Shown: positions 8,595 through 18,348 of the stretch, piece after piece
How the letters are laid out: each line of letters starts with the position of its first letter
How positions within the stretch are numbered: the stretch's first letter is position 1
Assembly: GCA_963716175.1 (NCBI GenBank)
Contig: OY970296.1
Coordinates: 928,001 to 992,000, forward strand
DNA from: an uncultured Armatimonadetes bacterium
GTDB lineage: Bacteria; Armatimonadota; Hebobacteria; Hebobacterales; Hebobacteraceae
Direction: 5' to 3'
Length of the DNA stretch: 64,000 bases
Notes under the pieces: model-generated
Databases searched by the model: none
What the model saw: the letters and a program-made list of their open reading frames with translations, nothing else
Told to the model about the DNA's origin: nothing
Translations under genes and position numbers: made by a program

Positions 8595-9329
8595 ATGCCC
8601 GAGAAGATCCGCGTCGTCTGCTGGAACGAGTTTCGCCACGAGAAGAGCGATGAGCACATCGGCAAGATCTATCCCAATGGCATGCACGCCGTCATCGCCG
8701 ACCACCTGAACAAGCAGCCCGGCATCGCCGCCAGCCTGGCCTGCCTGGATGATCCGGAGCACGGCCTTACCAAGAAGAGGCTGGCAGAAACCGATGTCCT
8801 GATCTGGTGGGGACACATGGCCCACCACGAGGTGAAGGACGAGATCGTGGACCGCGTCCAGAACCGGGTGCTCGCGGGCATGGGCCTGATCGTGCTTCAC
8901 TCCGGCCACTTCTCCAAGATCTTCCGGCGCATGATGGGCACCGAATGCAACCTCTGGTGGCGGGAGATCAACGAGAAGGCGCGCTACTGGGTGGTGGCCC
9001 CGGATCATCCCATCGCCGCCGGCCTCGGTCCCTATTTCGAGCTGCCGCATGAGGAGATGTACGGCGAGTTCTTCGACATCCCGCCTCCAGACGAACTGGT
9101 CTTGATCGCCTGGTTCGCCGGGGGCGAGGTGTTCCGCGCCGGCTGCTGCTACCACCGGGGACATGGGCGGGTTTTCTACTTCCAGCCGGGCCACGAGACC
9201 TACCCCAACTATAAGGACCAGAATGTCCTCAAGGTGATCACCAACGCCGTGTGTTGGGCGGCGCCCCCCGCGGGTATGGCGCCGCGCGAGTTCGGCAACC
9301 GCGCCGTCCCGCTGGAGAAGCTAAGCTAG
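8595..9329 (+). CDS. ThuA domain (trehalose utilisation) protein
   Basis: [31 protein letters not shown] and FQPGHETYP motifs. Confidence 0.93.
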   Translation: MPEKIRVVCWNEFRHEKSDEHIGKIYPNGMHAVIADHLNKQPGIAASLACLDDPEHGLTKKRLAETDVLIWWGHMAHHEVKDEIVDRVQNRVLAGMGLIVLHSGHFSKIFRRMMGTECNLWWREINEKARYWVVAPDHPIAAGLGPYFELPHEEMYGEFFDIPPPDELVLIAWFAGGEVFRAGCCYHRGHGRVFYFQPGHETYPNYKDQNVLKVITNAVCWAAPPAGMAPREFGNRAVPLEKLS

Positions 9330-9354
9330 CACCAACCGTCCGACGCGAGAGCGA

Positions 9355-9379
9355 GGGGAGTCCGCTCCGCGGACTCCCC
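9355..9379 (+). terminator. perfect 11-bp hairpin after the ThuA gene (terminator or REP-like)
   Basis: GGGGAGTCCGC-tcc-GCGGACTCCCC; no U tract. Confidence 0.4.
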
Positions 9380-9449
9380 ATCCGGGCGAATCCGTGTTCA
9401 TCTGCGGTTCAGCCCGGTCCCCCCCTCTGTGGTTCGCTCTCCCTGCTCA

Positions 9450-9458
9450 TGCTATAAT
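9450..9458 (+). promoter_or_regulatory. extended -10 element TGCTATAAT, near-leaderless transcript
   Basis: Ends 9 nt before the ATG at 9468; no SD. Confidence 0.55.
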
Positions 9459-9467
9459 CGCCTCAAC

Positions 9468-10670
9468 ATGCAGCCCAGCCAGCCGGTCAACCTCAAACGC
9501 ATCATCATCATCATGGACGGCGCGGCCGACGAGCCGCAGGCCGAGCTGGGCGGCCGGACGCCGCTGCAGGCAGCGCGTAAGCCCCACACGGACGCGGTGG
9601 CGCGGGAGGGGAGGTGCGGCCTGGCGCAAACCATCCCCGATGAGATGGAGCCCGGCAGCGATATCGCCGCGCTCTCCATCCTGGGCTATGATCCTCGCCG
9701 CTACCACACGGGCCGCGCTCCCCTGGAGGCGGCCAGCCTCGACATCCCCATGAACCCCTCCGATGTTGCCTTTCGCGCCAATCTCGTGACCTCCGATGGC
9801 ACCACCATGGTTGACTACTCCGGTGGTGAGATCCCGACCGCGGACGCGCATGTGCTCATCTCCCTGGTGAATCAGCGGCTCTCCACGCACCGGGTGCAGT
9901 TCTACTCCGGGGTGAGCTACCGCCACGTGATGGTATGGCGCGGCGGCTCGGCGGAGGTGAAGACCACCCCACCCCACGACATCATCGGCCAGCCCATCGA
10001 GCCCTACCTCCCCCGAGGCGAGGGCGAGCAGATGCTGCGGCAGCTCATGTTCGACTCTCTCGATCTCCTGGACGGGCACGACATCAACAAGCGCCGCCGC
10101 GACCAGGGTAAACCTCCGGCCAACATGATCTGGCTCTGGGGACAGGGGCGGCCCTGCATCCTGCCCTCTTTCATGCTCCAGCGGGGCGCGATGGGCGCGG
10201 CGATCGCGGCCGTGGACCTGATCCGCGGGGTGGCCAAGTGCGCCGGCCTGGCCGCGCCGGAGGTGCCGGGCGCCACCGGCAATCTCGAGACCGACTTCAG
10301 CGCCAAAGCTCGCGCCGCGCTCGGCGCGCTCGACCGCTACGACTTCGTCCTCGTCCACATCGAGGCCCCGGATGAGGCCGCCCATCAGGGCAGCGCCGAG
10401 CGGAAGGTCTGGGCGATCGAGCAGATTGACCAGAAAGTGGTGGATCCGCTGATGGCGCGGCTACGCGAGCTGCATGGCAGCAAGCTGATGGTGGTCGCCG
10501 ATCACTACACCAAGCTCAGCACCCGCACCCATGCTCGCGAGCCCGTCCCATTCGCCATTTGGGGCGGCGCGCGCGATGCCGCGGAAGCCTTCGACGAGCC
10601 CAACGCCGCTGCCACCGGCCGCTTCCTGGAAGACGGCTGGCGGCTCCCCGACCTCCTCTTCGAGAGCTGA
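9468..10670 (+). CDS. apgM: cofactor-independent phosphoglycerate mutase (ApgM type; proposed homoserine kinase subfamily)
   Basis: DGAADEP, GRTPLQAA, PGSDIA, TGRAPLEAA, HIEAPDEAAH and ADHYT motifs. Confidence 0.88.
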   Translation: MQPSQPVNLKRIIIIMDGAADEPQAELGGRTPLQAARKPHTDAVAREGRCGLAQTIPDEMEPGSDIAALSILGYDPRRYHTGRAPLEAASLDIPMNPSDVAFRANLVTSDGTTMVDYSGGEIPTADAHVLISLVNQRLSTHRVQFYSGVSYRHVMVWRGGSAEVKTTPPHDIIGQPIEPYLPRGEGEQMLRQLMFDSLDLLDGHDINKRRRDQGKPPANMIWLWGQGRPCILPSFMLQRGAMGAAIAAVDLIRGVAKCAGLAAPEVPGATGNLETDFSAKARAALGALDRYDFVLVHIEAPDEAAHQGSAERKVWAIEQIDQKVVDPLMARLRELHGSKLMVVADHYTKLSTRTHAREPVPFAIWGGARDAAEAFDEPNAAATGRFLEDGWRLPDLLFES

Positions 10671-10671
10671 T

Positions 10672-12120
10672 GTGGCCACCTTCCCGGAACGCGTGGCCGC
10701 CACCGTCTCCGCTCACCACATGATCTCACCTGGGCAGGTGGTGCTGGTGGCACTTTCGGGCGGCGCCGACTCCACCGCGCTGCTGCACGCGCTGGCTCAA
10801 CTCCGTGCCAAGCTCGGGTTCCGGCTGGCGGCCTGCCACATCCACCACGGCCTGCGGGGAGCGGAGGCGGACGCGGACGCGGCGCACGCCGCCGCTCAAG
10901 CCCAATCCCATGGCCTCCCGTTCAGCCTCAAGCGGGGCGATGTGCGCGCCCGCACTGGCGGCCGCCGCCTCTCTCTCGAGGCTGCCGCGCGTGAGGTCCG
11001 CTACCAGTTGCTGGAGGAAGCCGCGGGCGAGATGGGAGCAGACCGCATCGCCACCGGCCACACCGCGGATGACCAGGCCGAGACCGTGCTGCTGAACCTG
11101 CTGCGAGGCGCTGGGGCCGGGGGCCTGGCAGGCATGCCGGCAGTGCGCGGCCGCATCATCCGGCCCCTGCTGGAAGTGCGCCGCGCCCAGGCGGAGGCGT
11201 ACTGCATGGCCGAAGACCTGGCGTTCCGGACGGACCGGTCCAACCAGGACCTGCGCTTCACCCGGAACCGTATCCGCCACCGCATCTTGCCGGCGCTGCG
11301 GGAGATCCAGCCCCAGGTGGACGCCGCGCTCTGCCGACTGGCGTGGCTGCTGAGAGAGGAGGATAGCTTTCTGGCGGCCGAGGCGGCACGCCACCTGAAG
11401 GCGATCGGGCTTCGTAGGGCAGGAGCGTGTCTCCTGCCCTTGCCGCCCTTTGCTGAACTGCACCCCGCGCTGCAACGCCGGGTGGCCCGCGCCGCCATCG
11501 CCCAGGTAAAGGGAGACGAGCTGAACCTGGGGCTGGAGCGGGTGGAAGCCCTGGTCAACCTGATGCTCGCCGGCCGCACCGGCGCGCGCATCGAGCTGCC
11601 CGGCCGGGTGCAAGCAGTGCGAAGCTATGGCGAAGTGGTGATCTCCCCTTCTGGAACGGGCAGGTCGAAGCGCGCCCGCCCGGAGCCGACCTGGGACTTG
11701 CCGGTGCCCGGGCAGGTCACAGTGCCTGAGCTCGATATCCGATTCGCGGCCTCCCGCTCGACTGCCAAGCGCCCGCCGCGGGATGCCTTCATCGCGCTGA
11801 TAGACGCCGCCGCGGTCACTCAGCCGCTGCAAATCCGCACCTGGCGGGCTGGTGACCGCTTCATCCCCTACGGCCTGGGCAAGCGGGTGAAGCTCCAGGA
11901 CTTCTTCGTCAACCGCAAGATCCCACGGCACCTGCGGAAGCGAGTGCCCCTGGTGGTATGCGGAGACAGGATCGTGTGGGTGGTGGGCCACCGCCTCAGC
12001 GACGAGTTCAAGGTAACTCCGGACACCCGAAGAACCATTCGCCTGCAGGCCTGCTCCGGCCTGGCCAGCTCACCTGACGGCGCAGGAGGAGACCATGGCG
12101 ACTTCCGCGGAGATCGCTGA
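10672..12120 (+). CDS. tilS: tRNA(Ile)-lysidine synthetase
   Basis: ALSGGADS PP-loop, ATGHTADDQAET, RPLL, RNRIRH and C-terminal TilS domain; GTG start inferred. Confidence 0.96.
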   Translation: MATFPERVAATVSAHHMISPGQVVLVALSGGADSTALLHALAQLRAKLGFRLAACHIHHGLRGAEADADAAHAAAQAQSHGLPFSLKRGDVRARTGGRRLSLEAAAREVRYQLLEEAAGEMGADRIATGHTADDQAETVLLNLLRGAGAGGLAGMPAVRGRIIRPLLEVRRAQAEAYCMAEDLAFRTDRSNQDLRFTRNRIRHRILPALREIQPQVDAALCRLAWLLREEDSFLAAEAARHLKAIGLRRAGACLLPLPPFAELHPALQRRVARAAIAQVKGDELNLGLERVEALVNLMLAGRTGARIELPGRVQAVRSYGEVVISPSGTGRSKRARPEPTWDLPVPGQVTVPELDIRFAASRSTAKRPPRDAFIALIDAAAVTQPLQIRTWRAGDRFIPYGLGKRVKLQDFFVNRKIPRHLRKRVPLVVCGDRIVWVVGHRLSDEFKVTPDTRRTIRLQACSGLASSPDGAGGDHGDFRGDR

Positions 12121-13195
12121 GAAGCAGCGCCGCGTCGACCAGTTCCTGGAGGCCCGGGGTTACGACGGGCTGCTGCTGGCCCGGGTCGAGAACTTCGCCT
12201 GGTTCACTGGAGGCGGCGACAGCCACGTCAGCCTCGCCGCGGAGGCCGGAGTAGGGGCCCTGCTGCTGCGCCGGGATCGCAAGATCCTGATCACGAATAA
12301 TGTCGAGCAGCCCCGCCTCCAGCAGGAGGAACTCGCCGCCCAGGGTTTTGAAGAGGCAGTAGTCCCCTGGTGGCAGGGCTCGCTGCCCCCGCTAGTGGCC
12401 CGCCTGACCCCAGGCGAGAAGATCGCCTCCGACCTCCCCGCTCCCGGTGTCACCGAGTGCGCCGAGGAGATCGCCCGCTTGCGCTGGTCCCTCACCCCGG
12501 AGGAGGTAAGCCGCTACCGCGCTCTGGGCCGAGAGGTGGGCGAGGCCATCGGGAAGGCCTGCATGAGCATCCAGCCAGGCCTGACCGAGCACGAGGCCGC
12601 GGCCGCCCTGGCGGAGGAGCACTTCCGCCGCGGCATTGCTCCCATCGTGGTGCTGGTGGCGGCCGACGAGCGGCTGTCCAAGTACCGCCACCCCATTCCC
12701 ACCGACCAGCCGATCAGGCGTGCGGTGATGCTGGTGGTGTGCGGGCGGAGGCACGGCCTCATCGTCTCCGCCACCCGCCTCGTGCACTTCGGGCCCCCGC
12801 CGGCCGAGCTCGCCGCAAAGCACGCCGCGGTGATGGCGGTGGACGCTGCCTTCATCCTGCACACCCGCCCCGGGGCCCGCATCGGCTACATCTTTCGCAA
12901 GGGCTTAGAGGCCTATGCGGCCCAGGGATACCCCGAAGAGTGGAAGCTTCACCACCAGGGCGGCCCGACCGGCTACGCCGCCCGCGAGTATCGTGCCACG
13001 GCCGAGGTGGACGACCGGGTCGAGCCCTTCCAGGCCTTCGCCTGGAACCCCTCCATCACCGGCACCAAGTCAGAGGATACCATTATCGCCACCCCCGAGG
13101 GCCCTGAGATCATCTCCCTCTCGGCGGGCTTCCCGACCGTGGAGCAGAGGATCGCCGGCTCCTGCATCCCCCGCTCCGATATCCTGGTGCGCTAG
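12095..13195 (+). CDS. M24-family peptidase-like protein
   Basis: Creatinase-like N-terminus; YRHP, HHQGGPTGY and WNPSITGTKSEDT motifs. Confidence 0.85.
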   Translation: MATSAEIAEKQRRVDQFLEARGYDGLLLARVENFAWFTGGGDSHVSLAAEAGVGALLLRRDRKILITNNVEQPRLQQEELAAQGFEEAVVPWWQGSLPPLVARLTPGEKIASDLPAPGVTECAEEIARLRWSLTPEEVSRYRALGREVGEAIGKACMSIQPGLTEHEAAAALAEEHFRRGIAPIVVLVAADERLSKYRHPIPTDQPIRRAVMLVVCGRRHGLIVSATRLVHFGPPPAELAAKHAAVMAVDAAFILHTRPGARIGYIFRKGLEAYAAQGYPEEWKLHHQGGPTGYAAREYRATAEVDDRVEPFQAFAWNPSITGTKSEDTIIATPEGPEIISLSAGFPTVEQRIAGSCIPRSDILVR

Positions 13196-13449
13196 CCTGC
13201 GAGCAGCCTGTCTCGTGGCCAGCAGGCCCCACAATTGGCGATTCTGTACCCAAACTGTGACGACATTATGACAGGCCTGTAGCGAGCCGTGGGCGTACAC
13301 TGGCACAAGAGAGAACCGGACGAAGGGAGGTGAAGCGAGATGGTTCGACCCATGGTGATGTGGTAGTCAGGGGAACGAACTTCTCTGCGCTTGGTTGAGT
13401 CTAAGGCAGCAGTCACATGCCATAAGCGTGCGAAAGGGGCTGAGATAGC

Positions 13450-13854
13450 GTGTCTCGACGACTAGTCCTGTTGATCGCCGTGGTCCTGATCTTGGCTATG
13501 GCAGGCCTGGTCCTGGCCCAGGGCACCGCGGCCAAGGGTCCAGCCGCCAAGGGCGTGGTCACCAAGGCCAAGGCCGCCAAGGCCAAGGCCCCAGCAGCTA
13601 AGGCCAAGATGGCGGCCAAGAGCAAGGGGCGCGCGGCCCGGATGAAGGCCGAAGCCAAGGAGAAGGCAGAGCCCAAGGAGAAGGCCGCAGCCAAGCCCAT
13701 GGCGGCCAAGAAGATGAAGGCCGCAGCCAAGATGAAGAGCAAGGCCGGCGCGGCCAAGATGGAAAAGGGTAAGGCCAAGGGCAAGGCGATGAGGGCCAAG
13801 ACAAAGGCGGGTGCCAAGGCCAAAGCCAAGCCAGCCCAGGAGAAGAAGCCGTAA
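13450..13854 (+). CDS. exported Lys/Ala-rich low-complexity protein
   Basis: Signal peptide ending VLA-Q, then K/A/M repeats; AAG/GCC codon bias fits this strand. Confidence 0.8.
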   Translation: MSRRLVLLIAVVLILAMAGLVLAQGTAAKGPAAKGVVTKAKAAKAKAPAAKAKMAAKSKGRAARMKAEAKEKAEPKEKAAAKPMAAKKMKAAAKMKSKAGAAKMEKGKAKGKAMRAKTKAGAKAKAKPAQEKKP

Positions 13855-13956
13855 GCTGACGGCAGCTATTGATGCGGGATCGTTGCCCGCAAAGATGGCC
13901 AGAGACGGGTTCGCCCAAGGCGGACTCGTCTCTCGTTTTTGGTCGGACCGCCAGTG

Positions 13957-14586
13957 CTACCGGCGGCCGCCGCGCCCGGGCTTTCCCGGAAGCAGGGCCT
14001 TCAGGATCTTGTCGCCCACCGCGATCTTGCTCACCACCCCCATGCCCGCGAGAACCTTGCCAAAGGCGGTGAACCCCATCCGGTCCAGGTGGGGCGTATC
14101 CGCCAGGGTGATGTAGAACTGGGTGCTGGCGGAGTTTGGCACCAACTGCCCGCCGCGATAGAGCCGCGCCATCGCGATCGTGCCCTTCACATGCTTGATC
14201 GGCGACTTCTCGTCCGGGATGGTGTACCCTACCGGAGGACGTTTCACCAGCGCTGGGTCCCCGGCCTGGATCACGAATCCCGGCTCGACGCGGTGGAAGG
14301 GCATGCCGTCGTAGAAGCCCGCCTTCACCAGGTTGAGGAAATTGGCCACCGCGATCGGCGCCGCCCTCCCATCTAGCTCCAGTTCGATCTTCCCCTTGGT
14401 GGTGTCTAGCTCAACTCGCACCTTGCCCTGCTGCTTGGCCGCCGCGATCTGGGCCTCAGTGGGAGCGGACACAGGGATGATCCTGGGGGCAGGGGTTCCG
14501 GTCTTGCTTTGACCGCGCGAGGACTGCGCGGCGAGGGCCGAGCTGGTGGTAAGTCCGATCGTCAGCACAAGCAGGAAGCTTCGCAT
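13957..14586 (-). CDS. cyclophilin-type peptidyl-prolyl isomerase, exported
   Basis: APIAVANFLNL, FYDGMPFHRV, VIQAGDP and SASTQFYI motifs; signal peptide. Confidence 0.93.
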   Translation of the reverse strand: MRSFLLVLTIGLTTSSALAAQSSRGQSKTGTPAPRIIPVSAPTEAQIAAAKQQGKVRVELDTTKGKIELELDGRAAPIAVANFLNLVKAGFYDGMPFHRVEPGFVIQAGDPALVKRPPVGYTIPDEKSPIKHVKGTIAMARLYRGGQLVPNSASTQFYITLADTPHLDRMGFTAFGKVLAGMGVVSKIAVGDKILKALLPGKPGRGGRR

Positions 14587-14614
14587 ACGCCAGTCTCCGC
14601 ACGACGTCAGTCTG

Positions 14615-15715
14615 CTATTCGCTCAACGCTGTCCGTGTGACCTTGCGCAGACGGCGAGGACTATCGGGGTTGAGGCCGCGCTCGAGGGCCACGTGACAGG
14701 CGAAGAGCTGGCCGAGGGCGGCAAACGGGATGGGGGTGAGGGCCTCCCTGATCCTGAGCGGGCAGTGCACGGTTATGCCCGATACCCGGGAGATGTCCAG
14801 GCGGTTTGTGAAGCTCAGCACATCCACGCCCTGGCCCTGAAGCCTCCGCCCCAGGTCGAGCATGAAGCGGTACGTAGGCCCATTGGCGGCGAAGAACAGC
14901 ACCGGCGTGTCGGGATCCACGAACGCAATGGGGCCGTGCAGGAAGTCGGCCGCGGACATGCCGGCCGCGCCCAGGTAGCAGGTCTCCATCAGCTTCAGCG
15001 CAGTCTCGCGGGCGGTGGCGTAGTTGAACCCGCGGGCCAGGCAGAGACAGCGGGGAGCGTAGCGATAGTGCGCCGCGATGTGCGCGATCGCGCTATCGCA
15101 GGTCAGCGCGACCCAGAGGTGCTGGGGGAGCGCCGCCACCTCCCGCTGGGACAAGTCACCTCCCAGGGCGCGGCAGATCATGGCCATCGCCACCAGCTCT
15201 GCCGTGTAGGTCTTGGTGGCCGCCACCGCCCGCTCCTTGAGCGCGTGGAGCTGGAGCGCGTGATGAGCGATGGTGGAGAGCGAGGAGCGGGCGGAGTTGG
15301 TCACTGCCAGCGTGAACGCGCCCAGGCGGCGGGCGGTGCGCAGCGCCTTCACCACATCCGGGCTTTCCCCCGACTGGGAGATGCCGATGGCCAGCGCGCC
15401 GCTCAGGTGCAGAGGCGCAGGATAGAGGGTGAACAGGGACAGAGCCGCGCCGGACACCGGGATGCCCAGGAAGTGCTCAAACAGGTAGCGGCCGAAGAGG
15501 GCGGCGTGATCCGAGGTGCCGCGGCCCGCGATGAAGACCAGCGGCGGGGGGCGGTGGCGCAGGTGCGCCAGGGCCTTGGTGAGGGGTCCCGTCTCCTCCC
15601 GTAGCAGCACCTCCACCCGGTCCGGCGCGGCGTGGATCTCCTTCCACATCACTGGCAGCCGCGGCCGCGGATGGATCAGCTGGGGGCGCGGCACTCGGCG
15701 TGACCGGTCGTTCAT
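14615..15715 (-). CDS. double SIS domain protein (GlmS sugar-isomerase / glucosamine-6-P deaminase-like)
   Basis: GRGTSDHA, SQSGESPD, AVAATKTY, ETALKLME, HGP and NPDSPRRLRKVT motifs. Confidence 0.9.
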   Translation of the reverse strand: MNDRSRRVPRPQLIHPRPRLPVMWKEIHAAPDRVEVLLREETGPLTKALAHLRHRPPPLVFIAGRGTSDHAALFGRYLFEHFLGIPVSGAALSLFTLYPAPLHLSGALAIGISQSGESPDVVKALRTARRLGAFTLAVTNSARSSLSTIAHHALQLHALKERAVAATKTYTAELVAMAMICRALGGDLSQREVAALPQHLWVALTCDSAIAHIAAHYRYAPRCLCLARGFNYATARETALKLMETCYLGAAGMSAADFLHGPIAFVDPDTPVLFFAANGPTYRFMLDLGRRLQGQGVDVLSFTNRLDISRVSGITVHCPLRIREALTPIPFAALGQLFACHVALERGLNPDSPRRLRKVTRTALSE

Positions 15716-15729
15716 CGCGGCTCCCCTGG

Positions 15730-18315
15730 TCAAAGTGCGACCTCCACCTGGATAGTCCGGCCCCCCGCGGCGGGCAGCGCGGCCAGTGGGATCCTGAACT
15801 CCCCGCCGATGGGCGCGATGGCATGGCCGTCCAGGCTCACGCGGTTCACTTGGCTCCGACCGCTGAGGTGGTGAAAGCGAAACCGAAAGTCGAGGTGCCG
15901 GAACTGCTTGCGCAGTTCGTACTGCTTCCAGGCCGCCGGCACTGCCGGCTTGATCCGCAGGCCGGTGAACTCGGGCAGCACCCCGACCATGAGGTCAATG
16001 GCTTTCAGATACCAGTTCGCCGAGCCCGTGAAGTTGCTGTAGAGGTTCATCCCGAAGTTGGGGTGGGACGGGCCCACCGCGAAGTTGGACTGCTGGTGGG
16101 GAGGGCCAGTGGCGATGTCGGGGAAGGTGTTCCCCGGCAGCGAGAGCTTGAGCTCGGAGTAGGCCTGGTCGCCTCGCCCCATCGCAGCCAGCGCGTAAAT
16201 GAGGAACGAGTGGCCGTGGGTGTAGACCGCGCCATTCTCGAACTGGCCTGGCACCATGTCGGCCATGCGCCCGGCCAGCTCCCGGCTCTTCTGGGTGTAG
16301 GGGATGTCAATGGTGGTGGTGCCGACGGGCGTCCACAGCCGCGGCATCGCCTTCAGCACCTGCTCCTCCCGGCCGGCCGCAGCCGCCACCCCAGTGAACA
16401 GGGTCCAGGCGTTAGTCACGGCGTGGATCCGCCCCTCCTCGCTGGCCTGCGATCCGATCGCCACCCCATCATCGTTGAACCCGAAGACATAGTGATCGCC
16501 ATCCCAGGCGCTCTCGTTCACCGCACGGGTCATGGTCTGGACGATCTCACTGAGCAGCCCGGTGGCGGCCTGGTCCCTGAGGTGCTGGGCCAGCCGCAGC
16601 AGCCGCTGGGCCGCGTAGATCAGGCCCACGGAGAGCCAGGTGCTCACCCCTTCTCCCCGCTTGGACAGCCCGTCCATGGCGTCGTTCCAGTCGCCATGCC
16701 CGATGCGGCACAGCCCCCGCTGTCCCCGGTTCCGGTACAGCCCCTCCAGCGCCAGCAGCGCGTGCTCGTAGACTGACTTCCGCACCCGGTTGTCCTGGCG
16801 ATGCGTGCTCAAATCGTAGAAGCCCACCTGCTGCTCGAGCAGGCTGAAGTCACCGGTCTCCTCCAGGTAGCTGACCAGGGTGTCGGCGATCCAGAGCGGG
16901 CTGTCGCCGTACATGCGTTCATCATTGGGAGCATTGGTGTTGGGGTAGCGGAAGAACTGGCGCAGGGCACGGCCATCCGCAAGCTGGTGGTTCAAGACGG
17001 TCGGCAGGTGACTGCGCACATACTCCGGGTTGAAGCTGCAGATACCCATCAGGTCCTGGAGCACATCCCGATAGCCGATCTGGTCCAGGGCCCGCGTGAA
17101 GCGGGCGGTGTTGTGCTGCTGGTACTTCAGCCAGACATTGTGGAGCCGGTCAACTTCGAGGTCTGGGCTGCGCAGCGATACCCGCGCCAGCATCTTGCGC
17201 CACGACTGCTGAAGGCGCGCGAACTCTCGCTCCACCCCGCGGCCGCGGAAGAGCTTCTCCCTCAACTCGGGGAGGTGGCGGCGGTAGTCGTGCGGTTCCT
17301 GCTCGGTGCGGCCCACCACGATGTGCAGGCTGCGCGACCTTGCGGGGGCGAGGCGCAGATCGAACTGCAGCGCGCCGATCAGGCCCAGGTACGGCTGCAG
17401 GCCCTGCGAACCGCGGCATCTGCCCTCTTCCACCGCTCGCGGGAAGGCGCGGAAATGCCCACCCCCGGTGAACTCCTCCCCGGAGAGATCGAACCCCTGG
17501 AAGGCCGCGCTCGACATCATGAACCCGGTGCGCGGCAGCGCGTTCGCTCTGTGTCGGTTGAGCGCGACGATGGCGCGCAAGTCTCCGAGATGCTCTCCCA
17601 GGGAGGTGACGCGAGGATCGAAGTAATACGAGGGATGGCTCTCCAGGCCCCAGTTCACGCGGGCGAAGAGCTGAATCCGGCGGGGCCGGTCCGAGGTATT
17701 GGTGAGGGTGATGGTCCATATCTCACAGGGATCATCCACCGGCACGAAGACCCGGAGACGAGTGCGCAGGTCGTGGCGCGCACTCTCGATGACCACCCAG
17801 CCCAACCCGTAGCGGCAAGCATAACCCTTATACTTCTCCCTCTCCCGCCCGATCTGGGGCAGCATGTCCCAGATGCGAACCGGCTTGCCAGCACGGTCCT
17901 CGCGCAGGAAGAACTGGCGCGCATCCGTGCTGCGCGGCGAGGTGGGGACATAGCTGGTGTCCCGGTGGGAGGTCACCGGCCCCGCCAGCACGCTGTCATA
18001 GCACAGGAACCCCAGACCCGTGGCATCCCAGAAAGAGCCGGCTATCCCCGTCTCCCGGTCGTGGTTGCTGCACATCAGGTGCAACCAGGGACGTGGGGTG
18101 TCGGGGCGATGGAGGGCGAGGACGCTCTCCGTCAGGAATCCCTCCTCATCCCGAAGGTCCTCGAAGCGCGAGTAGCGGGAGGACAAGGCTTCGGCGTCAC
18201 CGGGGGAGAAGCCATGATGAGGCGAGCGGCCCCGAGCTAGGTTCGCCCGCGCCTTGGCCACCAGGCGGCCCCACCGCGCTTCCGAATCCACGATCCTGCC
18301 GCTGCGCTTTCCCAT
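15730..18315 (-). CDS. GH94 glycoside phosphorylase
   Basis: TPRPW, IGYRDVLQD, GDWNDAM, ENGAVYTHG and TGSANW motifs. Confidence 0.88.
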   Translation of the reverse strand: MGKRSGRIVDSEARWGRLVAKARANLARGRSPHHGFSPGDAEALSSRYSRFEDLRDEEGFLTESVLALHRPDTPRPWLHLMCSNHDRETGIAGSFWDATGLGFLCYDSVLAGPVTSHRDTSYVPTSPRSTDARQFFLREDRAGKPVRIWDMLPQIGREREKYKGYACRYGLGWVVIESARHDLRTRLRVFVPVDDPCEIWTITLTNTSDRPRRIQLFARVNWGLESHPSYYFDPRVTSLGEHLGDLRAIVALNRHRANALPRTGFMMSSAAFQGFDLSGEEFTGGGHFRAFPRAVEEGRCRGSQGLQPYLGLIGALQFDLRLAPARSRSLHIVVGRTEQEPHDYRRHLPELREKLFRGRGVEREFARLQQSWRKMLARVSLRSPDLEVDRLHNVWLKYQQHNTARFTRALDQIGYRDVLQDLMGICSFNPEYVRSHLPTVLNHQLADGRALRQFFRYPNTNAPNDERMYGDSPLWIADTLVSYLEETGDFSLLEQQVGFYDLSTHRQDNRVRKSVYEHALLALEGLYRNRGQRGLCRIGHGDWNDAMDGLSKRGEGVSTWLSVGLIYAAQRLLRLAQHLRDQAATGLLSEIVQTMTRAVNESAWDGDHYVFGFNDDGVAIGSQASEEGRIHAVTNAWTLFTGVAAAAGREEQVLKAMPRLWTPVGTTTIDIPYTQKSRELAGRMADMVPGQFENGAVYTHGHSFLIYALAAMGRGDQAYSELKLSLPGNTFPDIATGPPHQQSNFAVGPSHPNFGMNLYSNFTGSANWYLKAIDLMVGVLPEFTGLRIKPAVPAAWKQYELRKQFRHLDFRFRFHHLSGRSQVNRVSLDGHAIAPIGGEFRIPLAALPAAGGRTIQVEVAL

Positions 18316-18348
18316 CCCATCCTCGCAGAGGACAATCCTTGCTGCCGC

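Noticed and set aside
13413-13829. Hydrophobic Ala/Leu/Phe membrane protein on the minus strand
   Set aside because: Antisense image of the AAG/GCC-rich Lys/Ala gene
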